DNA of 51,362 nt from Verrucomicrobiales bacterium (GTDB lineage: Bacteria; Verrucomicrobiota; Verrucomicrobiia; Verrucomicrobiales; SLCJ01): contig JBJTQJ010000050.1 in NCBI GenBank assembly GCA_046075565.1, forward strand, positions 1 to 51,362. Reading direction: 5' to 3'. The translations under genes were made by a program, and so were the position numbers. Positions 1 to 10,827 of the stretch are shown piece by piece. The notes under the pieces were generated by a model, which was not told the DNA's origin, searched no databases, and saw only the letters and a list, made by a program, of their open reading frames with translations. How positions within the stretch are numbered: the first letter of the stretch is position 1; each line of letters begins with the position of its first letter.

Positions 1-3
1 CTC

Positions 4-230
4 TTATGAAACTTCGGCGTGGACCGGAGTCAAGGCGAATCCAAGTTGCTCGGCTTGGCGGCGCAAGTAGCGCTCCTTCCGGGCGCTGGCCAACTCGGGG
101 TTGCCCAGTCGCGATGGATCGTAGGGGCGGCGGTGTTTGACCATCGCCCAGAGGATGCGTGCCATCTTGTGGGCGGCAGCGGTCACCGCCGCCTTCGTCC
201 CGAGCTTGGACTTCAACCTTCGCAAAAAGT
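4..230 (-). pseudogene. IS110-family transposase, C-terminal remnant
   Basis: Minus-strand frame ends LRRLKSKLGTKAAVTAAAHKMARILWAMVKHRRPYDP...YLRRQAEQLGFALTP*, typical of IS110 transposase C-termini; similarity stops near 230, where the Y1 transposase upstream region begins. Confidence 0.75.
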
Positions 231-294
231 AAAACCTGGCACTTTGACAAAAAGTGTTGACGCTCCCACTGTCGATGTCCAAGGTCACCCCAAT

Positions 295-1446
295 ATGAGG
301 CCTCCACGCATCATCGTGCCGCCGGATATGGACGGGCTTTATCATGTGGTCAGCCGCGTGGTGGACCGGCGTATGATCTTCGGGGAGGAGGAGAAGAGGA
401 AGTTCCGGGAGTTGCTGGTGGGATATGCCGGGTTTTCCGGGATCACGGTGGCAGCGTGGTGTTTGATGGACAATCACTTCCACCTGTTGCTGCATGTGCC
501 GTCACGGGAGAAGCAGGACCCGGCGGCCTTGCCAGAAAAGGAAATCCTGCGGCGCTTGCGGATGATTTACGGCAAGGCGGAGATGGCGGACATCACGCGG
601 GTGCTGGGCCAGTGCCCCGATGCGGCCTCGCGGATGCGGTATCTGGAGCGGTTCACCAAACGCATGGGGGACCTGGCGATTTTCATGCGGTCGTTGAAGC
701 AGCGGTTCAGTCGTTGGTATAACGGACGCAAGCGGAGGAAGGGGACCCTGTGGGAAGATCGCTACCGGAGTGTGGCGGTGGAAATCCAGGATCTGGCGAC
801 CCTGGGCGCGGCGGCGCGGATCGTGTCGGCCTATATCGATTTGAATCCGGTGCGAGCGGGGATGGTGGAAGATCCTAAGGATTACGAGTGGTGCGGATAT
901 GCGCGGGCCTTGGTGGGAGAGAAGGAGAGCGAGAAAGGGCTCTTGCGGGTTTGGGGCAAGCAGAGGGGTTTGAAGGGGGCGTTGGCGGAGTATCGGGTGT
1001 ATTTGTTTGAGGAGGGGAATGAAGACCCGGCGTCGCGTGAAGGCTATGCCGGGGCAAGGAAGATTCAGGATCCGAGAACCGGAGAAATTAAGACGCGGAT
1101 GGGGATTGATGCTCGGAAGGTGTGGGAGGAGAGGAAGCGGGGAGGGCGCTTGCCGATGAATGTGATGCTGCGGTTGAAGTCGCGGTATCTGGTGGATGGC
1201 GCGGCGATTGGGAGTGAGGAGTTCTTGCGGAGGTTGACGGGAGGAAGACGCAAGACCGCCTCGCTCGAAGACAGAAGACAAAAGAAGGAGGAGGCAGGGC
1301 ATGGCGTGGAGGTTTCAGATGGGCTAGGCGAAATAAATAGGGCTGAGCAAACGGAAGGCAAGCCCGGGGTGGCGATGAGGTTTGGTCAGTGGGGTGGTCT
1401 GCGAGTGCTGAGGGATTTGCGGGTGTCGGTGGTGGGACAAGGATAA
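295..1446 (+). CDS. Y1 (HUH) transposase, IS200-like / REP-associated tyrosine transposase (RAYT-like)
   Basis: N-terminal YHVVSR, HUH motif CLMDNHFHLL, LWEDRYRS, and catalytic Tyr segment AYIDLNPVRAGMV. ATG at 295 follows a TTGACG..CAAGGT promoter-like sequence; the ORF extension to 19 is antisense IS110 sequence. Confidence 0.85.
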   Translation: MRPPRIIVPPDMDGLYHVVSRVVDRRMIFGEEEKRKFRELLVGYAGFSGITVAAWCLMDNHFHLLLHVPSREKQDPAALPEKEILRRLRMIYGKAEMADITRVLGQCPDAASRMRYLERFTKRMGDLAIFMRSLKQRFSRWYNGRKRRKGTLWEDRYRSVAVEIQDLATLGAAARIVSAYIDLNPVRAGMVEDPKDYEWCGYARALVGEKESEKGLLRVWGKQRGLKGALAEYRVYLFEEGNEDPASREGYAGARKIQDPRTGEIKTRMGIDARKVWEERKRGGRLPMNVMLRLKSRYLVDGAAIGSEEFLRRLTGGRRKTASLEDRRQKKEEAGHGVEVSDGLGEINRAEQTEGKPGVAMRFGQWGGLRVLRDLRVSVVGQG

Positions 1447-1507
1447 AGAAGGAGGAAATGCGGTGGCAAAAAGATGGGTTCTAGGTGCAACTGCCTAAAG
1501 GGGGGGT

Positions 1508-1699
1508 GACTATTCCGCGATGCAAAAAGCCTTTGAGCGCCTCTACTCGCTTCCGCATTCAGTGATTGGCCGCAAAGGCACGGGACTTGGTCTTGCCTTC
1601 GTGCGCGAAGCCGCCCATCTTCATCATGGTAGTGCCCGACTGTCCAACCACCCCGATGGTGGAGCTATCGCCGAAATCCGCTTGCCCCATCCAGAATGA
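1508..1699 (+). pseudogene. C-terminal HATPase_c remnant of a CreC-like sensor histidine kinase
   Basis: Manual translation DYSAMQKAFERLYSLPHSVIGRKGTGLGLAFVREAAHLHHGSARLSNHPDGGAIAEIRLPHPE* contains the F box and the G2 box (GTGLGL); the 5' part is absent. Confidence 0.75.
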
Positions 1700-3363
1700 A
1701 AGCTCAAGCATCTCCACGAACTGGCGCTCCGCGTGAAAACCGAAGGCTTGGCAGCACGGCCAGGGCAAGACCGGGACGGTCTTGCTACATTTTCCGGGTA
1801 AAGTTCGTAAGGCGATTCTGCTTGTGTTTCCATGTCAAGTGTAACCCCGGCGCCATCAGGGCACCGTATGGTTGGGGTAAGGAGAGACAAGGGTCTGACA
1901 ATTCTGCTGTTATCGCAACACGACTGCATGTTCCCATTTATGGCTTATTAGCGTTGGCTTTCGCTTGCATGCTTTCAACCGGTGCAGTAACCCGCGCCGA
2001 CGAACATCCCAAGCCGAACATTCTCCTCATCTACACCGATGATCACGGGTGGGCGGATCTCGGTGCACAAGGCGCGGACAAGGATATCCAAACGCCCAAT
2101 CTCGACCAACTTGCGCGGGACGGTGTCCGATTCACGCGGGGTTATGTCACCGCGCCGCAATGCGTGCCCTCGCGCTCGGGTGTTCTCACAGGCCGTTATC
2201 AACAACGGTTCGGGGTTGAGGACAACGCCAAAGGGCCTTTGCCTCACGCCGAGATCACCATCGCGGAACGTTTGAAGCCGGCCGGCTATGTCAGTGGCTT
2301 TGTCGGCAAGAGCCACCTCGATACCCGTTTCGAGCAGGGTGGGGAACGCGCCGCGCGTCTGGATTCAGATTGTTTTCCCCATCGACTGGGATTTGAAGAA
2401 TGCTTCTGTGGCAGCATGAGGCGATACCATGCCTCGCATGCGCTCGACGGCAAATCCTTCGGGGATGCCCCTCATGTTGTCAGTGATGACCGCTTTCGTG
2501 TGGTGGTCCAAACAGATGCCGCGCTTTCCTTCCTCGACCGGAGGGCAAAAGCTGCCAAGCAGCCATGGTTCCTCTATCTGGCTTGGTTTGCTCCCCATGT
2601 GCCGCTCGAGTCGCCGGAACCGTGGTTCTCCAAGACGCCCGCTCAGCTTCCGCGTGAGCGCCGCCAGGCCCTCGCGATGATCGCGGCCATGGACGATGGG
2701 CTAGGCAGAATCCGCGCCAAACTCCGGGAAATGGGTGCCGAGAAAAATACCATCATCTTTTTCATCAGCGACAACGGTGCGCCCGTGAAGCCCGGCGCGT
2801 GGGATGGCTCGTTGAATGCTCCGCTTGTCGGCGAGAAAGGAATGCTCACGGATGGAGGGATTCGGGTGCCTTTCCTGGCGGCATGGCCATCAACCATTCC
2901 GGCAGGGCAGGTTTATGAACATCCTGTGAGCGCTCTGGACGTGGCCGCAACCGCCAACGCATCCGCGGGCCTGCCCGGTGATGAACGTCTCGACGGCGTG
3001 AATCTCCTTCCATTCCTGAATGGGACCAATATGACTCCACCCCACGACGCGCTTTATTGGCGGTGGCGATCGCAAGCCGCCGTGCTTGAGTTTCCATGGA
3101 AGCTCGTTCTTCTCGGCAAGCAGGAGAAGTTCCTCTTCAATGTTACCAGTCCCGATGGCGAACTGGTCGCGAACAACCAACTGGCCCGGCATCCGGACAT
3201 CGCGGCACGTTTGGAAAAGAAACTCGAATCATGGTCCGCCACGCTTCAACCGCCCGGCCTGCCGCTGTCAAAAAATGCGGAAGACGACAAGTTTTTCTCG
3301 AGCCATGTGCAGAAGACCGGGGTCTTGACGCCCGTTGTCAGGAAAAAGGGCAAGAAGAAATGA
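1696..3363 (+). CDS. Sulfatase (S1, arylsulfatase A-like); true start probably ~1900-1969
   Basis: PNILLIYTDDHGWAD, FGly motif CVPSR, LTGRY, APHVP, SDNG, GEKG..TDGGIRVP; signal-peptide-like hydrophobic stretch near 1930-1990. Confidence 0.92.
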   Translation: MKAQASPRTGAPRENRRLGSTARARPGRSCYIFRVKFVRRFCLCFHVKCNPGAIRAPYGWGKERQGSDNSAVIATRLHVPIYGLLALAFACMLSTGAVTRADEHPKPNILLIYTDDHGWADLGAQGADKDIQTPNLDQLARDGVRFTRGYVTAPQCVPSRSGVLTGRYQQRFGVEDNAKGPLPHAEITIAERLKPAGYVSGFVGKSHLDTRFEQGGERAARLDSDCFPHRLGFEECFCGSMRRYHASHALDGKSFGDAPHVVSDDRFRVVVQTDAALSFLDRRAKAAKQPWFLYLAWFAPHVPLESPEPWFSKTPAQLPRERRQALAMIAAMDDGLGRIRAKLREMGAEKNTIIFFISDNGAPVKPGAWDGSLNAPLVGEKGMLTDGGIRVPFLAAWPSTIPAGQVYEHPVSALDVAATANASAGLPGDERLDGVNLLPFLNGTNMTPPHDALYWRWRSQAAVLEFPWKLVLLGKQEKFLFNVTSPDGELVANNQLARHPDIAARLEKKLESWSATLQPPGLPLSKNAEDDKFFSSHVQKTGVLTPVVRKKGKKK

Positions 3364-3477
3364 AGTTGGAACGGGCAGCTGAGATTCATGTTGGTCATTT
3401 GCTCATTGGCTATGGCGAGTGCCATGGCGGATCCGCAAACACAAGGTAAACAAGCTGGAGTGCCGGGGTTTCGTTAG
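3360..3477 (+). pseudogene. Frameshifted signal-peptide remnant of a lost exported protein
   Basis: ATG overlaps the sulfatase stop (ATGA); removing one G in the cggg run gives MKLERQLRFMLVICSLAMASAMADPQTQGKQAGVPGFR*, which ends just before the CACGAAT repeat element. Confidence 0.35.
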
Positions 3478-3494
3478 CCTTGAAAGGAAAATTG

Positions 3495-3635
3495 AACCAC
3501 GAATTGACACGAATGGGCACGAATTTTCAAAGAGTTATGGAAAAAAACCAATTCATCCTGCGGGTGAGTGAAGCCCTTTTCATAAATCTCTGATTTTCTT
3601 TTTTTATTCGTGTAAATTCGTGTTCGTTCGTGGTT
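3495..3635. repeat. Inverted pair of 10-bp-period CACGAA(T) triads (MITE/REP-like element)
   Basis: 3495-3525 aaccacgaattgacacgaatgggcacgaatt versus the reverse complement of 3606-3635, aaccacgaacgaacacgaatttacacgaat; AT-rich ~80 bp spacer. Confidence 0.8.
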
Positions 3636-3704
3636 TTTAAGGTTAGAGGAAAACGATCGAAATCCCCGCACGCATCCATGCTCGAGCCTCTCTGTCCTCG
3701 TCGC

Positions 3705-3745
3705 AAAAACAAAAACCCGCCCGGTCACTCGACCGGACGGGCTTT
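3705..3745 (-). terminator. Intrinsic terminator downstream of the bactofilin gene
   Basis: Minus strand gcccgtccggtc-gagt-gaccgggcgggt followed by ttttgttttt. Confidence 0.8.
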
Positions 3746-3779
3746 CGCGACGAAGAAGTTGAATTGGCTTCGAAAGGAT

Positions 3780-4358
3780 TTACACCCCGACTTTGGCGGT
3801 CTGCGCGACTTCCGGTTTGGCGGGAGCGGGTGCGGGAGCGGCAGGAGCGGCGGCATTGGCCGGCTTCTGTGCGGCAGCGGCGGCACCAACAATCGATTTG
3901 CCCATGAAAGCGGCGCCTTCCTCAATGGCAAGGGTTTTGGCGCGGACATCCCCGGCCAATTCGGCGGACTGCTTGAGTTCGCAGCGGTCGGTCACGGTGA
4001 TGTTGCCTTCGACCTTGCCGAACACGATGCAGGACTTGGTTTTGATTTCACCCTTGATACGGGCATTTTCTCCCACGGTCAGGGATCCATCGGAAGTTAC
4101 TTCACCTTCGATGCGACCGTCGATGACGAGGTCATTGGAGAACTTAAGGGAGCCTTTGATTTCGACATCGCTGGACAGGATATTCTTGGGGGAGTTGGTC
4201 ATATAATTGTTACGGCGAAATTCAGATTCTGCAGTGGTGCGTTGGTTGTAGCTCGGAGCAGGCGCGACCGGAGCTGCCGGGGTGTAAACAGGGGCCGCGG
4301 GAGTGGGTTCCGGACGGGGTGGGTTTTCGTTGGTTTGGATGATGCGGCGGGGAAACAC
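3780..4358 (-). CDS. Bactofilin (polymer-forming cytoskeletal protein)
   Basis: Beta-helix repeats NILSSDVEIKGSLKFSNDLVIDGRIEGEV...IEEGAAFMG with Pro/Ala-rich tails. GTG start lies 6 nt after a TAAATT -10; alternative ATG at 4202. Confidence 0.93.
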   Translation of the reverse strand: MFPRRIIQTNENPPRPEPTPAAPVYTPAAPVAPAPSYNQRTTAESEFRRNNYMTNSPKNILSSDVEIKGSLKFSNDLVIDGRIEGEVTSDGSLTVGENARIKGEIKTKSCIVFGKVEGNITVTDRCELKQSAELAGDVRAKTLAIEEGAAFMGKSIVGAAAAAQKPANAAAPAAPAPAPAKPEVAQTAKVGV

Positions 4359-4461
4359 GAAGGGAATTTAATCAAGGAAAGGTTAAATAGTCAAAAATTT
4401 ATTGGCGGAACTCCAAATTTTTTCAAATTCGGGCCCGCCGACAGTCCGGAATATACCATTT

Positions 4462-5883
4462 TCAAGGGCCGGAACTTTCAAGAATCCTCTCGGAAAGCTC
4501 TTCGGCTGGGTAAGTCCAGATTTCAGACAGCGTTGGATGGTAGTGGGGGGTTTGGGCGAGCTGGCCGGCGGTCAGCCGGGCGGAAACAGCCACGGAAACC
4601 TCGTGGATAAGTTCCGAAGCATGCGGGCCGACCACCCCGCCGCCGAGAATTTCCCCGCTGACGGCATCGGCGACCAGTTTCACGAAGCCGCTGGTTTCAC
4701 CCATGACCATACTCTTTCCATGATCGTCGAAAGGATGGGTTGCGATGATGATTTTTCGATCTCCGGCTTTATCCTCGCCGAGTCCAACGGTCGCCAGTTC
4801 CGGATGACTGAACATGGCGAAAAGTTTGACCCGGTAGTCCATGAGCTTCCGCATTTCCCGCGGAAGTTTCCCTAACAGAATTGCGGCATTGGTAGCGGCG
4901 GCTTCTCCCTGCGTGATGGCAATGTGCACAATCTCATGCGGACCACATACATCCCCGGCGGCGAAGATGTGTGGAATGGGCGTCGCCTGGTCCGCGCCCG
5001 TGGTGACCGGTTGACCGCTCTTGAAACCAGCCTTTGTTAGATCCAGTCCATCCGTGGCCGGTTCGCGTCCGAGCGCGCAGAGGATTTCATCGGCCTGAAT
5101 CTTTCGGACTTCTCCGGCCTGCTGGAAAGAAACCGAGATGGTGCCATTCGCTTCTCTCTTCGCTTCCAACAGTTTGGTATCCGTATGGATGGTCATGCCT
5201 GATTCGCGGAGGGCATTTTCAAGTGACAGCGCGAGGTCGGCATCGCACGATCGCACCAGGCGGGGACTGCGCTGGATAACCGTCGTCTCACACCCGAGTG
5301 CGTGATGATACCATGCCAACTCGAGGGCGATGGGGCCGCCTCCAAGCACGATGATCGATCGTGGAAGTTGGTCCGAGTCCAGGACATCATCACTGGTCAA
5401 CGGGCGGGCCGCCCGTAGACCCGGAACATCGGGAATGGAGATGGTGGAGCCGGTGGCGAGAATGAAAGTCGAGCCTTCCAGTTCCAGCGTGCCGGAGTCT
5501 TTCGTCTCCACGGCGACCCGATGCGTGTCCAGAAAGCGGGCCTTGCCGCGGAAAAGCGCGAACCGGCCGTCTTCCAGTTGCCCGGCACGGTAGGACGCGA
5601 ATTCCGCAATCAGGTGGCGTTTGCGCTCCCGGATTTCCGCCGGGATGACCCGTAGGTTTTCGGCCCGCAAGCCGAATTCCCCGGCTCGGCGCATCGAATA
5701 GAAGCGGTTCGCCGACTCGATCAGGGTCTTGCTCGGCATGCAGCCCCGCAGGATGCAGAGACCGCCCAATTCGGCCGCGCCGTCCACCACCGCCACGCTC
5801 AATCCATACCCGTGGGCCGTCCGCGCGGCCGCGTAGCCGGCGCTTCCTCCTCCAATCACGATGCAGTCAAATTTTTGTGTCAT
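4462..5883 (-). CDS. Pyridine nucleotide-disulfide oxidoreductase (dihydrolipoamide dehydrogenase/mercuric reductase family)
   Basis: GGGSAG FAD motif, GGLCILRGCMPSK redox disulfide, GGGPIALE, AAGDV, C-terminal HPTLSE. Confidence 0.9.
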   Translation of the reverse strand: MTQKFDCIVIGGGSAGYAAARTAHGYGLSVAVVDGAAELGGLCILRGCMPSKTLIESANRFYSMRRAGEFGLRAENLRVIPAEIRERKRHLIAEFASYRAGQLEDGRFALFRGKARFLDTHRVAVETKDSGTLELEGSTFILATGSTISIPDVPGLRAARPLTSDDVLDSDQLPRSIIVLGGGPIALELAWYHHALGCETTVIQRSPRLVRSCDADLALSLENALRESGMTIHTDTKLLEAKREANGTISVSFQQAGEVRKIQADEILCALGREPATDGLDLTKAGFKSGQPVTTGADQATPIPHIFAAGDVCGPHEIVHIAITQGEAAATNAAILLGKLPREMRKLMDYRVKLFAMFSHPELATVGLGEDKAGDRKIIIATHPFDDHGKSMVMGETSGFVKLVADAVSGEILGGGVVGPHASELIHEVSVAVSARLTAGQLAQTPHYHPTLSEIWTYPAEELSERILESSGP

Positions 5884-5889
5884 GCGGGC

Positions 5890-5918
5890 AGGGTGGGGGA
5901 TCCGCTTGGAATTGTCAA
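5890..5918 (-). promoter_or_regulatory. Sigma70-type promoter giving a leaderless oxidoreductase mRNA
   Basis: TTGACA (5918-5913), 17 nt spacer, CACCCT (5895-5890), then 6 nt to ATG. Confidence 0.55.
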
Positions 5919-6015
5919 ATTGACGCTTTTTTTCCCGTCTGCGACCCCTGAATTTGGTGTTTTTCGGGCACGATTTCAGGCAGGAAAAACTTGTTTCAGT
6001 GCTTCATCTCTCTAA

Positions 6016-8601
<2,586 letters not shown>

Positions 8602-8698
8602 AGCACGATTTTTGGTTGCACGGAATCCTGTTCCGTTCCACCTTTCCAGTCCGCCGGGGTAACCCGGTTGGTCCGGGTTTTCCCGGCCACTCATCGAT

Positions 8699-8774
8699 GG
8701 GGATATAGCTCAGTTGGTAGAGCGTCTCGTTCGCAATGAGAAGGTCAGGGGTTCGAGCCCCCTTATCTCCACCA
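8699..8774 (+). tRNA. tRNA-Ala (anticodon CGC)
   Basis: GGGGATA/TATCTCC acceptor stem with G3:U70, anticodon arm TCTCG-TTCGCAA-TGAGA, GGTTCGAG T-loop, encoded CCA. Confidence 0.97.
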
Positions 8775-8788
8775 TCCTTTCGTAAAAA

Positions 8789-8863
8789 GCGCGGTTAGCT
8801 CAGCGGTAGAGCACATCGTTCACACCGATGGGGCCGCAGGTTCGAACCCTGCACCGCGCACCA
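8789..8863 (+). tRNA. tRNA-Val (anticodon CAC)
   Basis: GCGCGGT/ACCGCGC acceptor stem, anticodon arm CATCG-TTCACAC-CGATG, GGTTCGAA T-loop, encoded CCA. Confidence 0.97.
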
Positions 8864-9061
8864 TGGAGGGAAATGCGCGAGATTTCCTCATGGACCGCTC
8901 GCCTCTCTCATGTCGGGAACCAAAGGATCGGGGCTACGGAGATTGTCGGCAGCTGCTTTTCCAACCTACACCTGATTTTCAGGGGCTAGGCCATCCCCGT
9001 TTGCCAGAGCGGCGGTGGTGTGGTATAGGGGAGGGGATTTGACTCTCGGTATTCGCCCACC

Positions 9062-10111
9062 ATGCGCGTTCTCTTCACCTGCAACTCGATCTCCCGACGT
9101 GGTGGGGTGGTTACATTCACACGGGAGTTGGCCCGGGCCTTGACCAGCCTCGGGCACGAGGTGCGTTGGTTTGGCAACCTGCGCGAGAGGGGAAACGTGG
9201 GTGATTGCCCCGAATTGCCGGCGATCACCGGACCCGACGAATTCCAACCGGACATTCTCCATCTTCAACATGCGATTCCGGCCTACGCTGCCTTGCTGGC
9301 CTTCCGCGGGGTGCCTGCCATTTTCCATTGCCATGGAGGAACATGGAAGGACCAGCCATTTCTGCATCCCCGCGTGCGGCATTATGTGGCCATGTCGGAA
9401 TTCCAAGCGGAACGTCTGTCCATCGAAATGTCGCTTAGCAAGGATTTGATTTCGGTGTTCCTCAATCCGGTCGATACGTCCCGCTTCCAACCCGGACTGC
9501 CTTTGGAAGGACGGCAGCCAGCAATACTGGTTTATCACGGACGAATTGCCAGCGACGACCCCGTGGTTCACGCGATCAAGGAGGCGACCACCCGGCGACA
9601 AAGCAGGGTGGATTTCCTGGGCCGGGGGTTCGGAGCGAGCGTGGTGGCCCCGGAACGCTTGCTTCCAAACTATCCGGTGGTTTTCGCATCGGGGCTTTCC
9701 GCGATCGAGGCGATGGCCTGTGGTTGCGCGGTCGTTATCTTCGGACCCGGTGGTTGCGGGGAAATGGTGGGAAGCGAAAACTTTGATCGGCTGAGAGCCC
9801 GCAATTTCTCCATTCCAATGAATTGCTCTCCGGCAACCCCTGAAGCGGTGCTCAAATCCTTGGACTCTTATGACCCTGTGGATGCGGGTATGGTCACCGG
9901 GAGAATCCGAGGTGAGGCGGATGTGTTCTCCTCAGCCCGCGAAATGTTGAAGATCTATCAAAACGTTCTCGATGCGACACAGGGGCAAATGCCAGATCAG
10001 AACGGCGAAAGTCTTGCCCTCGCTTCATTTTTCCGCTGGCTGGCTTCCATGGTTGAAGCGAGGGATCAGAGTTTTGCTTCGGCGAATACACGAGGGGAGG
10101 AGATGGCATGA
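9062..10111 (+). CDS. Glycosyltransferase, GT4-like (GT-B fold)
   Basis: MRVLF..GG..TFTRELARAL..LGHEV, PDILHLQH, NPVDTSRF, SAIEAMACGCAV. Confidence 0.85.
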   Translation: MRVLFTCNSISRRGGVVTFTRELARALTSLGHEVRWFGNLRERGNVGDCPELPAITGPDEFQPDILHLQHAIPAYAALLAFRGVPAIFHCHGGTWKDQPFLHPRVRHYVAMSEFQAERLSIEMSLSKDLISVFLNPVDTSRFQPGLPLEGRQPAILVYHGRIASDDPVVHAIKEATTRRQSRVDFLGRGFGASVVAPERLLPNYPVVFASGLSAIEAMACGCAVVIFGPGGCGEMVGSENFDRLRARNFSIPMNCSPATPEAVLKSLDSYDPVDAGMVTGRIRGEADVFSSAREMLKIYQNVLDATQGQMPDQNGESLALASFFRWLASMVEARDQSFASANTRGEEMA

Positions 10112-10752
10112 GAATCCTGCTCACCGGTTTCTCCTTGTCCATTCGGGCCGGACACGAACCGGTCAGCCGACAACTGGCCCGGATGCTCCAAGCCCGCGGC
10201 CATATCGTGGCTGCCAGCGGGAGTCATCCATCGCAACTGCCCCGGGTTTTGAAAATTGATTGGACTCCAATAGCATCGGATCCTTCCCGGCTGGTCGAGC
10301 GCCCGGACATTATTCACGCTTGCCATCTCCACGATGCTTTCTGGGCTTTGGCCGCGCTGCCCGGTGTTCCCGCTGTACTGCATTGTGGAAGAGACATTCA
10401 TCAATCGGTCATGCATCCGAGAATCTACCGCCGCCTCCATTCGCCTTGCGACAGCGGGCAGGGAGCCGGTTCGCCGGATAACGTTGTTCAACCGGATATC
10501 GACATCGTCCTCCCTGAAGAAGAAGATTCGCTCGGTCCAGCATTGGAAAGGATTTACACGGAGGTGATTGATGAACATGCCAAGGCCCGAGTAGACTGGG
10601 ATGAGGAAGCCGCCGCGAATCTGCGATACCTGCAAGCAATCTTCCCCCAGTTGATGGCAATGGAAAAACTGAACCCGTCCACTTTGCTCGGATGGGCTGC
10701 CCCTCTTGAGAATCGGCACGCCCCCGCGAATTCTCCCAGACGATCGTTCTGA
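10108..10752 (+). CDS. Shortened paralog of the upstream glycosyltransferase (N-terminal domain only)
   Basis: ATGA-coupled. MRILLTG..RQLARMLQARGHIV, RPDIIHACH, ALPGVPAVLHC and HPRIY match the upstream GT; the EAMACG domain is missing. Confidence 0.65.
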   Translation: MRILLTGFSLSIRAGHEPVSRQLARMLQARGHIVAASGSHPSQLPRVLKIDWTPIASDPSRLVERPDIIHACHLHDAFWALAALPGVPAVLHCGRDIHQSVMHPRIYRRLHSPCDSGQGAGSPDNVVQPDIDIVLPEEEDSLGPALERIYTEVIDEHAKARVDWDEEAAANLRYLQAIFPQLMAMEKLNPSTLLGWAAPLENRHAPANSPRRSF

Positions 10753-10827
10753 GGAGCATTCCGGCCTCCGTTTTTGCTCCACCATCTTCGCGTTTCCGTT
10801 CCGCTGCCTGCGATAGCCTGTGGAAGA

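Noticed and set aside
1..230. IS110 bridge-RNA locus
   Set aside because: Only the transposase 3' end is present; the non-coding ends are deleted or lie outside the window
19..294. N-terminal extension of the 475-aa ORF (apparent IS110-Y1 fusion)
   Set aside because: The extension is antisense to the IS110 remnant; Y1 homology and a promoter-like sequence point to the ATG at 295
4462..5883. merA (mercuric reductase) call
   Set aside because: No C-terminal Cys-Cys pair, no NmerA domain and no mer genes; it ends with the HPTLSE His-Glu motif
8699..10800. tRNA-integrated prophage or ICE
   Set aside because: No integrase, and I found no duplicated tRNA 3' end (att site) in the window
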